Shown: in pieces, positions 48,927-56,954 of the stretch | How the letters are laid out: every line of letters begins with the position of its first letter | Numbering within the stretch: the first letter of the stretch is position 1 | DNA from: Spirochaetales bacterium | Lineage (GTDB): Bacteria > Spirochaetota > Spirochaetia > SZUA-6 | DNA length: 64,000 bases | Assembly (NCBI GenBank): GCA_027021365.1 | Contig: JALUUM010000009.1 | Coordinates: 537-64,536, forward strand | Reading direction: 5' to 3' | Program-made: the position numbers and the translations under genes | Notes under the pieces: model-generated | What the model was told of the DNA's origin: nothing | The model's input: only the letters and a program-made list of their open reading frames with translations | The model's database searches: none

Positions 48927-49164
48927 GAAGACCGTACACTGGCTCTTTCTCGTTGTAACGGTTGTCTTTCTCTTCTCCGGCCTTGGAATATACTATGCAA
49001 GGGAAGTATCCTTGGTCACTTTCGGACTACTTACCAAACCGCTCTCCTTTAAGATTCATGTATTACTCTGGATTCCCTTTACCGTACTTCTCGGCCTTCA
49101 TTTACTTTTCACTATTTTGTCTCGCAGAGTCTTTACTAAAAGGTCAAATCAAATATATGATTGA
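48901..49164 (+). CDS. Small His-containing membrane protein (cytochrome-b-like partner)
   Basis: VHW..LFSG...KIH...GLHL across 2 TM helices; it overlaps the oxidoreductase gene. Confidence 0.65.
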   Translation: MNRCLTIGRKTVHWLFLVVTVVFLFSGLGIYYAREVSLVTFGLLTKPLSFKIHVLLWIPFTVLLGLHLLFTILSRRVFTKRSNQIYD

Positions 49165-49167
49165 ATT

Positions 49168-49881
49168 ATGCCGGTGAGGGGTACAAAGCGAAAACTCGAT
49201 GCTGAACGTTTGAACGATACACTTTTACGTGGTATCGAGAAGCAGCTCCTCAACTTCTTCGTAAAGATATTGCCCGTAAAGATAATGCCCGACCACCTTA
49301 CCTATATAGGCCTTGCAGGTTCGGGAATGATAGCTGCCGGTTACGGCCTCTGTAACTACAGCATAGCATGGCTCTGGCTTGCAAACTTCGGCTTCGTCGT
49401 CAACTGGTTCGGTGACAGCCTGGATGGCAGCCTTGCACGATACAGAAAGATAGAGCGTCCAGTATATGGTTTCTTCATAGACCACAATGTAGATTCCATC
49501 TCGATGCTACTAATTGCCTTGGGCCTTGGCATATCACCGTACATGAGGTTCGATGTTGCGCTCTATACGCTCATTGGATACTACATGCTATCTATAAGCA
49601 CCTACATAAATGCCTATGTAAGGGGAATATTCAGGATATCCTTTGCGTTCGTAGGACCCACAGAGGTAAGGACAATTGCCATAATAGGCAACACTGTACT
49701 CTTTTTCATTGGCAAGAATATCAATCTCGAGTTATTCGGATTGAAGCTGACATACCTCGATCTTCTGGGAGTCGTTGTGGGGACAACCTTCATAGTGGGC
49801 TATTTTGTATTCTACTTTTTAGATCTCAGGGAAATGGCAAAAATAGATCCGCCAAAGAAACCTGGTTCCGGGAAAAACTAA
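49168..49881 (+). CDS. CDP-alcohol phosphatidyltransferase family protein
   Basis: PDHLT and GDSLDGSLARYR..R..YGFFIDHNVD signature, GPTEVR. Confidence 0.92.
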   Translation: MPVRGTKRKLDAERLNDTLLRGIEKQLLNFFVKILPVKIMPDHLTYIGLAGSGMIAAGYGLCNYSIAWLWLANFGFVVNWFGDSLDGSLARYRKIERPVYGFFIDHNVDSISMLLIALGLGISPYMRFDVALYTLIGYYMLSISTYINAYVRGIFRISFAFVGPTEVRTIAIIGNTVLFFIGKNINLELFGLKLTYLDLLGVVVGTTFIVGYFVFYFLDLREMAKIDPPKKPGSGKN

Positions 49882-49942
49882 CCAATTTCCCCCGGCTCGG
49901 AACATTTCCCGGCTTAAATGTCCTGCCAAGGCTCTGAATCGA

Positions 49943-50230
49943 TTATTTTGCAGGGAGCTTATCAGCAAAAACCTTCCCCACTGCTCGGGAACCGAAATGA
50001 TAGATTCCATTCGCCTCTAAAAACACACCGAGCACTAAAATAATGAACCTCGGCCAGTCATAAGGTTGAACGGAAAGGATGCGCCAGAGACAGAGAAGAA
50101 TACTCACAACTCCGGACACGATAACGGCGCGGTAACCATCAATTTTCAGCCATTTCTTTACAGCCTGTGTGATGGGAAAGACAATCGATGCCAGTGTGAG
50201 AATCTCGGTAAGAAGCTGGGTAGTAATCAT
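49943..50230 (-). CDS. Small membrane protein, holin-like
   Basis: 95 aa, about 3 TM segments, ITQAVKK...ANGIY pattern and a basic C-terminus; GGGGG RBS. Confidence 0.5.
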   Translation of the reverse strand: MITTQLLTEILTLASIVFPITQAVKKWLKIDGYRAVIVSGVVSILLCLWRILSVQPYDWPRFIILVLGVFLEANGIYHFGSRAVGKVFADKLPAK

Positions 50231-50255
50231 TTTTTAAAACCCCCTTTTACAATGA

Positions 50256-51524
50256 TTATAAGAGCTTACCGAGCATTTTCAAATAATTATTTAAGTGAAT
50301 GGGGGTTATGAACCTGGATAGTATGTATTTTCTTCCTTCTCTGCCCATTTCATCTCTCAAGCGGGGGTTGTCCAGTAACAGTGCAGTTTTTTCGACAGCT
50401 TCTTTCAGGGTACTAACCACAAAACCGGTCCTGCCATCGACAACCTGTTCGGGAAGTCCGCCCGCATCGGAAACTATTACAGGCTTTTCCTTTATGGAGG
50501 CTTCAGAGACTACGAGGCCGAAACCTTCTCTCGTGGAAAGCGCATACACAACGGTCGCCCCCTGTTGAACGGCATTGAGCTTTAAGACATCGAAGGGCAT
50601 GGCTTCTACGGCAGTATTCGGTATTCCTTCTACCAGTTTCCGGATCTTTTCAAGATACGGTTCGAACTGCGGATCGTCCTTTGCCCCCGCACCTGTAAGG
50701 AGGAGCTGAATATCGGAATAATCCGGTTTTAGCTGTTTAAATAGCTCACATACCCTTTCGTAGCCCTTAGCAGGGTCAAACCTTCCTACCTGAAGCAGGA
50801 CGGGCCTTTTGGGGTTCAATCCGAAGGACTCGATGGCCTCTCTTATCATTTCCCCGTTCACCGCATCTGGATCATTCTTCTCCTCCAAAGGATCGATTGA
50901 AGGGGGAATAACGAAGGGTCTCGGGGAGTCCGGCAGCACGAACTCCCTCCTGTGGTAAACCGCCGCATCGAATCGGTCTATCATTCCCTTGAAAAAATCT
51001 AGTACATCCCGGTTAGGGTTGCTCGTGTCGATGTGGCACCGGTAGATCCATATACCACTTCCATCGATACGTGCATCTACAAGGCCGAGAAACTGTGTGT
51101 CATGTATTATGATGACATCGTAATCCCTTATCCTGTTACCAATTTCTTCAATTATCCTTTCCTGGACATCCCTGTAAAGCTTCTTTTCTTCCATGGTAAG
51201 CTTCCCGGTTTCCTGGCCCTGGAACATGTTGTGCTGTTTTTTTGTGACGGAAAAGAATGAAGCATCCTCCACTTCCGGTACGTACCAGTGCGCTGTAATG
51301 CCCAGGGAATTGAAAGCCGGGACAAGCTTGGAGAGAATCGCTGAAACTCCACCTCCCCTTGCAACGGAGTTTACATTAAGTATTCTCAATCCCTTAAGCT
51401 TTAAAGCATTTTCTCTAATCTCATCGGTATCCACCCATTTTGAATAATCTTCCAGCCTGAAATTCTTCTTCTGGACATCCAATGTGTTGTTCAATGTTTT
51501 TTCGTCTCCTTTTCTCTCGAGCAT
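50256..51524 (-). CDS. treT: Glycosyltransferring trehalose synthase TreT (GT4)
   Basis: NVNSVARGGGV, FFSVTKKQHNMFQG, IIHDTQ, YRCHID, PPSIDP, GRFDPAKG and EGFGLVVSEA motifs. Confidence 0.85.
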   Translation of the reverse strand: MLERKGDEKTLNNTLDVQKKNFRLEDYSKWVDTDEIRENALKLKGLRILNVNSVARGGGVSAILSKLVPAFNSLGITAHWYVPEVEDASFFSVTKKQHNMFQGQETGKLTMEEKKLYRDVQERIIEEIGNRIRDYDVIIIHDTQFLGLVDARIDGSGIWIYRCHIDTSNPNRDVLDFFKGMIDRFDAAVYHRREFVLPDSPRPFVIPPSIDPLEEKNDPDAVNGEMIREAIESFGLNPKRPVLLQVGRFDPAKGYERVCELFKQLKPDYSDIQLLLTGAGAKDDPQFEPYLEKIRKLVEGIPNTAVEAMPFDVLKLNAVQQGATVVYALSTREGFGLVVSEASIKEKPVIVSDAGGLPEQVVDGRTGFVVSTLKEAVEKTALLLDNPRLRDEMGREGRKYILSRFITPIHLNNYLKMLGKLL

Positions 51525-51527
51525 ACC

Positions 51528-52565
51528 TTAAATTCTCCTGCAAGTTTCACGTATCGAAAAATGGGTTGGCAGAAGTATTCTCTTATTAATGATACTCTCT
51601 CCTGATATTAGCTTTAAAAGAAGGCGTGCCGCTTCGGAACCAAGGCCTGCGGCTGGAAGGGTTATAGTCGAGAGGGGCGGATTCAAATACCTGGAAAGGT
51701 AATCGTCGTCGAATCCCACGATGGAAATATCATCCGGAATCTTCATGCCCCTGTCCCTTATCGCCTTTATTGCACCGTACGCAATTACATCGTTTCCCGC
51801 AAAGATCGCTGTGATGTCACTATTCTCTTCCAGAAGTTCTGCCATTGCTCCGTAGCCACTCTCCTCCGAAAAATCACCCTTTTTTATCAACCTTTCATCC
51901 ACACTGTAGCCGGCTTCTCTTAAAGCCTCCTTGTAACCCTCGATTCTTGCACGAGCAGCGTAGAATAGAGTGGATGCATGGGATATCATCCCTATCTTCC
52001 TGTGACCAAGGCTTATCAGGTACTGTACCGCTTCCTTTGCAGAGTTTAAGTTGTCGATATCGACCTGCACGATCCGGCTGTCATTAATTGTGCCAATTAC
52101 TACAAATGGAAAACCTCTATCCAAAAGTTCGGGAAAACCGTTGTCATTGTCATGGATGTTTATGAATATTACACCATTTAGCTCGTCCGACTCCGCAATA
52201 TCCAGGTAGTTGAACTGGTCGATCTTTAAGGGCTGCAAAATCAGCCTATGCCTGTACCTGTTAAGAGTCTGTGCCACACCTTCGATCACCTTGGGAATGT
52301 AAGCATCTGAAAAGAGCGACTGCGAATGGCAGACGAAAACTCCTATCGAGTAATGCCTTATCCTGGCAAGGTCTCTTGCGTGTTCGTTTGGTTGGTAGCC
52401 CAGCTCCTTTGCAGCCTGTAATACTCGCTGCCTTGTTCTTTCTGAAATCTTCTTACCAGGCGAGTTGTTCAGGACAAAGGAAACCGTAGTTCTTGAAACT
52501 CCTGCCAGCCTTGCAACGTCACTGGCAGAGACTCTTTTAACCTCTCTGTTAATCATAGTTGTCAT
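51528..52565 (-). CDS. LacI-family transcriptional regulator
   Basis: DVARLAGVSRTTVSFVLN, LGYQPN, ISIVGFDD and PPLSTI motifs. Confidence 0.95.
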   Translation of the reverse strand: MTTMINREVKRVSASDVARLAGVSRTTVSFVLNNSPGKKISERTRQRVLQAAKELGYQPNEHARDLARIRHYSIGVFVCHSQSLFSDAYIPKVIEGVAQTLNRYRHRLILQPLKIDQFNYLDIAESDELNGVIFINIHDNDNGFPELLDRGFPFVVIGTINDSRIVQVDIDNLNSAKEAVQYLISLGHRKIGMISHASTLFYAARARIEGYKEALREAGYSVDERLIKKGDFSEESGYGAMAELLEENSDITAIFAGNDVIAYGAIKAIRDRGMKIPDDISIVGFDDDYLSRYLNPPLSTITLPAAGLGSEAARLLLKLISGESIINKRILLPTHFSIRETCRRI

Positions 52566-53443
52566 CCCTTAACGGAACCTGCAAGGATACCCCGCACGAA
52601 GTATTTCTGTAAACTGAAAAATATCACAATAGGCAAAAACATGGAAATGAAAGCTGCTGAGGTGAGGTATTCCCAGCCCCCGCCGTAGGAATTTACCAGG
52701 TTACTTATGGTAAGCGGCATCGGAGCTACCCGCGGATTCCCACCAAGGTAGATAAGGGCAACCAGGAGGTCGTTCCAGACCCACATGAACTGAAAGATCG
52801 CCAGCGACGAAAGGGCCGGCACCGACGTGGGAAGAACAAGGCGGAAGAATACAGTGTAGTGGGAAGCCCCGTCAAGGTGCGCGGATTCAAACATCTCGGC
52901 GGGTAGCTCCCCTATGAAATTACGGAGAAGGTAAATGGCAAATGGCAGACCATACGCGGTATGTGCAATCCAGATACCGGCAAATGTTCCCGTAAGGTGA
53001 ATACTGTTAAAGAGTTGAAGAACCGGTATCAGTGTCATCTGAATGGGCACCACCAGCAGGCCCACAACCGTAAGAAAGAGGATGTCCCGCCCGGGAAAGG
53101 TCATCCAGGAAAATGCATAAGCTGCAAATGCAGCTATCAGTATCGGCATCACCGTTGCCGGTATGGAAATAAGGAGGCTGTTTATGAAACTCCTTCCCAT
53201 GTTGGCAGTAGTTAAAACCTTCCTGTAGTTTTCCAGTGTAAAGTTGAGGGGTGTTTTAAAGGCCTTCCACCATCCGGATGAGAGGATTGCAGAGGCGGGC
53301 CGGAAGGAACTGACAAGAAGCCCCACAGAGGGAAGAAGCCAGACGGCACATATCAACAGAACGATAACATTAAGGGGGGCCCTACCGAGAAGCCTTATCA
53401 ATTTACCTTTCCTGTTCGAAACTACTATGCTCTGAGGCATCAT
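52562..53443 (-). CDS. Alpha-glucoside ABC transporter permease (AglG-like)
   Basis: LLVSSFRP, ESAHLDGA (EAA loop), WVWNDLLVA and YFVRGILAGSVKG. Real start MMPQ, overlapping the upstream stop. Confidence 0.9.
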   Translation of the reverse strand: MMPQSIVVSNRKGKLIRLLGRAPLNVIVLLICAVWLLPSVGLLVSSFRPASAILSSGWWKAFKTPLNFTLENYRKVLTTANMGRSFINSLLISIPATVMPILIAAFAAYAFSWMTFPGRDILFLTVVGLLVVPIQMTLIPVLQLFNSIHLTGTFAGIWIAHTAYGLPFAIYLLRNFIGELPAEMFESAHLDGASHYTVFFRLVLPTSVPALSSLAIFQFMWVWNDLLVALIYLGGNPRVAPMPLTISNLVNSYGGGWEYLTSAAFISMFLPIVIFFSLQKYFVRGILAGSVKG

Positions 53444-54420
53444 TTCACCCTCCTCTGCCCGAATTTCCTTATATTCACCAGCATGACAGGAATTATGGCA
53501 AGAAGAAGTATTACCGCTATGGCACTTGCCCTTCCGAAGTTGTGAAAGTTGAACATCTCCTTGTACATCCTGTTGGCTATTACCTCCGTTCCAAGGGTTC
53601 CGTTTGTCATGACATACACAATATCGAAGACCTTTAGGACGTTGATCACCATGGTAGTTGCAACCACGACTATCGTGGAACTCATCGTAGGAATTATTAT
53701 CCTCCAGAATATCGTCCATTCGTTGGCACCGTCTATCCTTGCTGCTTCAAGGAGGGAATCCGGGATTCCCTTCAGAGCTGCGGAAAGTATCACCATACAG
53801 AAGCCCGTCCATATCCATATGTATACGACCATCAGGGCAAAGTTGTTGATGGGAGGATTGAAGAGCCAGGCTTTGGGCTCGAATGACGGATTTACAGTGG
53901 TGAGAATGGCATTCACGGTACCTATCTGTGGGGTTCCCCTGGGCCTAAACTCATACATAAACTTCCATATTACCCCTGCTGCAACTGCAGAAATTGCCAT
54001 CGGAAGAAAGATGAACGCCTTTGCAACGGATTCGTAGCGTATCCTGTCTGTTAACACTGCTATGAGAAGGCCAAGTGTTACTGTAACGAGTGTGACGAAT
54101 ACGAGCCACAGAAGGTTGTTCCTGAGTGCTGTGAGCATCGTTTTGTCTGTGAATATGAACAGGTAATTCTTGAGCCCAACGAAGGAGGTGGAATTTGCAT
54201 TCTTGAAGCTCAGTATGAAGGTATTGACAACTGGGTAGATGAGGAAGACAAAGAGGAGAAACAGTGCCGGAAGTATCCACAACCAGGGCCTTATTTTTCC
54301 CTGTTTCTTCTCTCCCCTCACCTTTGAAACGAGAAACTCGGAAAACATGGTATAAGCGACAAGCATGGCAGGCACGCCAACAATGGCAAGAACAGCCATT
54401 AATAATACCTTTACATCCAT
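53440..54420 (-). CDS. Alpha-glucoside ABC transporter permease (AglF-like)
   Basis: FLPMAIS, QIGTVNA, EAARIDGANE and LKVFDIV motifs. Confidence 0.9.
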   Translation of the reverse strand: MDVKVLLMAVLAIVGVPAMLVAYTMFSEFLVSKVRGEKKQGKIRPWLWILPALFLLFVFLIYPVVNTFILSFKNANSTSFVGLKNYLFIFTDKTMLTALRNNLLWLVFVTLVTVTLGLLIAVLTDRIRYESVAKAFIFLPMAISAVAAGVIWKFMYEFRPRGTPQIGTVNAILTTVNPSFEPKAWLFNPPINNFALMVVYIWIWTGFCMVILSAALKGIPDSLLEAARIDGANEWTIFWRIIIPTMSSTIVVVATTMVINVLKVFDIVYVMTNGTLGTEVIANRMYKEMFNFHNFGRASAIAVILLLAIIPVMLVNIRKFGQRRVK

Positions 54421-54476
54421 TCTTCCTCCTTTGGATTCCCTTTTGGACTTCCTTTTTAATCAAGATAGATTTGAAA

Positions 54477-54512
54477 GGCCGGGAAGGCCGAAACTTTGAC
54501 AGCCTCCCCGCC
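54477..54512 (-). terminator. Stem-loop between binding-protein and permease genes
   Basis: Imperfect inverted repeat ggccgggaaggc...gcctccccgcc, followed by T residues on the minus strand. This position is typical of an mRNA stabiliser or attenuator. Confidence 0.5.
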
Positions 54513-54530
54513 TGATTTTAACAAATCTCC

Positions 54531-54598
54531 AGGTGCAATCACCTGTTGCTTCCTCTAAGGTGTAACATCGAGGTGCAATCACCTGTTGCTTCCTCTAA
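54531..54598. repeat. Perfect 28-bp direct repeat, two copies, 40-bp period
   Basis: aggtgcaatcacctgttgcttcctctaa at 54531-54558 and 54571-54598. Each copy contains the hairpin AGGTG-caat-CACCT. Confidence 0.92.
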
Positions 54599-54623
54599 TG
54601 CAACACATAACGCAACACGACTC

Positions 54624-55919
54624 TCAGTATGCCTCTTTTCTCACCTTTTCCAGATCTGCCAGTATGCTGTCGAGCTTGTCAGGATTCTGCACGTACTTCA
54701 TAACTGCGGCCCAGAATGCCTGGTTCATCGATGAAGGCATCATGTCGGATGCATCGAACACGACAATCTCGGAACCCGAGAGAATCTTTCCGGCATTCTT
54801 AAGAAGCTCATCCGGATAGTCAGAAATCGGGACACTTCTGTTGGGAGAGAGACCCGCCTTTGCCTTCACCCAGTAACTCTGAGCTTCTGCACTTGTCAGG
54901 TACTTCATGAGGGCACGTGCCTGCGGCGTGTCGTTGAACATGCCGAAGAGGTCACCCGCCGCTTCAACGGCCTTGCTGTACTTCGGATTTATGGCAGGAA
55001 AGCCGAAGAAATTGAAATCTTCAACAGGCTTGAGGTTCGGAAACTGTTTCATTATGAATCCCTGAATAAAGGTTGCCTGATGATGAAAGTATGCCTGTGG
55101 CGGATTGCTGAAGAGGGGTGCAAATGCCTGGCCGAAGTTGGTGGAAAGTACATACTGCCTTCCTCCGTAGACCATCTTGTCGTTGGCAACGATTTCTCCC
55201 CACATCTGCCACGCTTTCTTAACCTCCGGGGATGTCCAGGCAAGTTTACCCTTGTACCATTCCATGTATTTTTCGGGTCCCGCTGTTCTGAGCATGATAT
55301 CTTCCAGCCAATCCGTTCCGGCCCAGCCGCTTGCAGCCCCGCTTTCGAGACCAATTGCCCATGGTGTCTTACCCTGTGAGACGAGCTTTTTGGATATTGC
55401 CATCATCTCGTCCCATGTCTTCGGTATACTTATACCTTCCGCTTTCAGAGCCTTGGGATTGTACCAGATGGGGCCTTTAATGGCAGCCTTGATAAAAATT
55501 CCCACCAGTTTTCCGTTCACTGTACCGAGGTCTATCCAACTCTGGGCATAATCCTTTTTCATCTGCTCCATATCGAGAAAAGTGGAAAGATCGACCAGCT
55601 TACCCTCCTTGGCAAATTGTGCCATTTGTCCCGGACCGGGAAGACCCGCAATATCCGGAGGATTACCAGCCTTGACCCTTGTAGTAAGAACCGCTTCTAT
55701 ATCACGTGTTCCCTCGTGCTCTACCTTAATCCCCGTTCTTTCCTCGAAGGGTTTTACCATGTTCTTGAAAATCTCGAGCTCATTGCCACCCCATACGGTG
55801 AGGACACTTACCGTTCCTCCTATCTTACCCTCTTCCTTCTTTGCTTCCTGCTTTCCCCCCGCAAAAACGGCGGATGCAAGGAAGATAATAGCGGTAAGCA
55901 GGATGATCAGTTTTTTCAT
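54624..55919 (-). CDS. Alpha-glucoside ABC transporter substrate-binding protein (AglE-like)
   Basis: AGNPPDIA..P.PG, IWYNP, ESGAASGWAGTDWLEDIMLR and FDASDMMP motifs; spirochaete-type FAGGKQE N-terminus. Confidence 0.88.
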   Translation of the reverse strand: MKKLIILLTAIIFLASAVFAGGKQEAKKEEGKIGGTVSVLTVWGGNELEIFKNMVKPFEERTGIKVEHEGTRDIEAVLTTRVKAGNPPDIAGLPGPGQMAQFAKEGKLVDLSTFLDMEQMKKDYAQSWIDLGTVNGKLVGIFIKAAIKGPIWYNPKALKAEGISIPKTWDEMMAISKKLVSQGKTPWAIGLESGAASGWAGTDWLEDIMLRTAGPEKYMEWYKGKLAWTSPEVKKAWQMWGEIVANDKMVYGGRQYVLSTNFGQAFAPLFSNPPQAYFHHQATFIQGFIMKQFPNLKPVEDFNFFGFPAINPKYSKAVEAAGDLFGMFNDTPQARALMKYLTSAEAQSYWVKAKAGLSPNRSVPISDYPDELLKNAGKILSGSEIVVFDASDMMPSSMNQAFWAAVMKYVQNPDKLDSILADLEKVRKEAY

Positions 55920-55939
55920 AGATACCTCCTTGTGTATTA

Positions 55940-55970
55940 GTTTACACGCATTTATTAATGCGCTTTACTA
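55940..55970. promoter_or_regulatory. Tandem LacI-type operator candidates
   Basis: GTTTACACGCATTTAT and ATTAATGCGCTTTACT are two CG-centred imperfect palindromes just upstream of the RBS of the agl-like operon. Confidence 0.5.
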
Positions 55971-56240
55971 ACACTATATCAGAGTATCAATATCTTTGCA
56001 AGGGAAAAATAAAAATAAATTGAATATTTTTAAGTTCGAATTCAAGTATAATTTTTTATCGCCTGTTTAATCATCTCAGTTAAATTATTTATGGTCCTGA
56101 CAAAGGTGAAAAAACTAAAATATAAAGCACAATTATCCTAAAAAATGTAACAACTCTACAAGAAATAACAGAACAGGCCGATTATTATGATATTATTGTT
56201 ATCAGGAACAGTAACGTAACAATTCCAAAGGAGAGTATCT

Positions 56241-56894
56241 ATGGCTGATTACAGCGAACAATTTCAACAACTTTCACTGGCAATCCAGAAGGGAAGTGCG
56301 CCAGAGGCAAAGGAACTTACTGAGAAACTCTTGAAAGAAGGAGTAACACCGGAGGACATACTCAACAAGGGACTTCTCGATGGCATGAATATCGTTGGTA
56401 TCAGATTCAAGAATAACGAAATATACATCCCCGAGGTACTTATTGCCGCCAGGGCAATGAGTACCGCAATGGATGTTCTACGTCCCCTCCTGACCAAAAC
56501 GGGAGTAAAGCCGGTTGGCAAGATTATCCTTGGTACTGTAAAGGGTGACCTGCACGACATAGGTAAAAACCTGGTAAGAATGATGTCCCAGGGGGCAGGG
56601 ATAGAGGTGATAGACCTGGGAACCGATTGCGGTCCCGAGAAATTCCTGGAAGCCTACAGGGAACATCAGGACGTCAAACTGATAGGGATGTCTGCCCTGC
56701 TTACAACCACCATGACAAACATGAAAACAGTCATAGATAAATTCGCCGAGGAAGGTCTTAAGGATAAAATAAAATTCATGGTCGGAGGTGCTCCCGTTAC
56801 CGAGCAATTCGCAAAAGAGATAGGCGCCGACGGCTATGCACCCGATGCGGCGAGTGCCGCCGAGAAATTCAAAGAGCTTATCTTACAGTCCTGA
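56241..56894 (+). CDS. Corrinoid (cobalamin-binding) protein of the MtaC/MttC/MetH B12-domain type
   Basis: Cap domain (GMNIVG.RF...IYIPEVL.AA.AM), GDLHDIGKNLV (DxHxxG), MSALLTTT, VGGAP and IGADGY. Confidence 0.93.
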   Translation: MADYSEQFQQLSLAIQKGSAPEAKELTEKLLKEGVTPEDILNKGLLDGMNIVGIRFKNNEIYIPEVLIAARAMSTAMDVLRPLLTKTGVKPVGKIILGTVKGDLHDIGKNLVRMMSQGAGIEVIDLGTDCGPEKFLEAYREHQDVKLIGMSALLTTTMTNMKTVIDKFAEEGLKDKIKFMVGGAPVTEQFAKEIGADGYAPDAASAAEKFKELILQS

Positions 56895-56954
56895 GAGAAT
56901 AGACTTGAGAGAACGGTCCTGATATAAGCTGCATTGCCCTTTAAGAACTATCCC

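Noticed and set aside
53444-53719. Cys/His-rich N-terminal extension on the AglG-like permease in the ORF track
   Set aside because: It is an alternate frame overlapping the upstream permease; the real start is at 53443.
54531-54598. CRISPR array suggested by 28-bp hairpin repeats
   Set aside because: Only two copies, the 12-bp spacer is far too short, and there are no cas genes or leader.
56145-56161. Second HcpR-type site (TGTAACAACTCTACA) before the corrinoid gene
   Set aside because: The spacing is one base short and the right half-site is degenerate.
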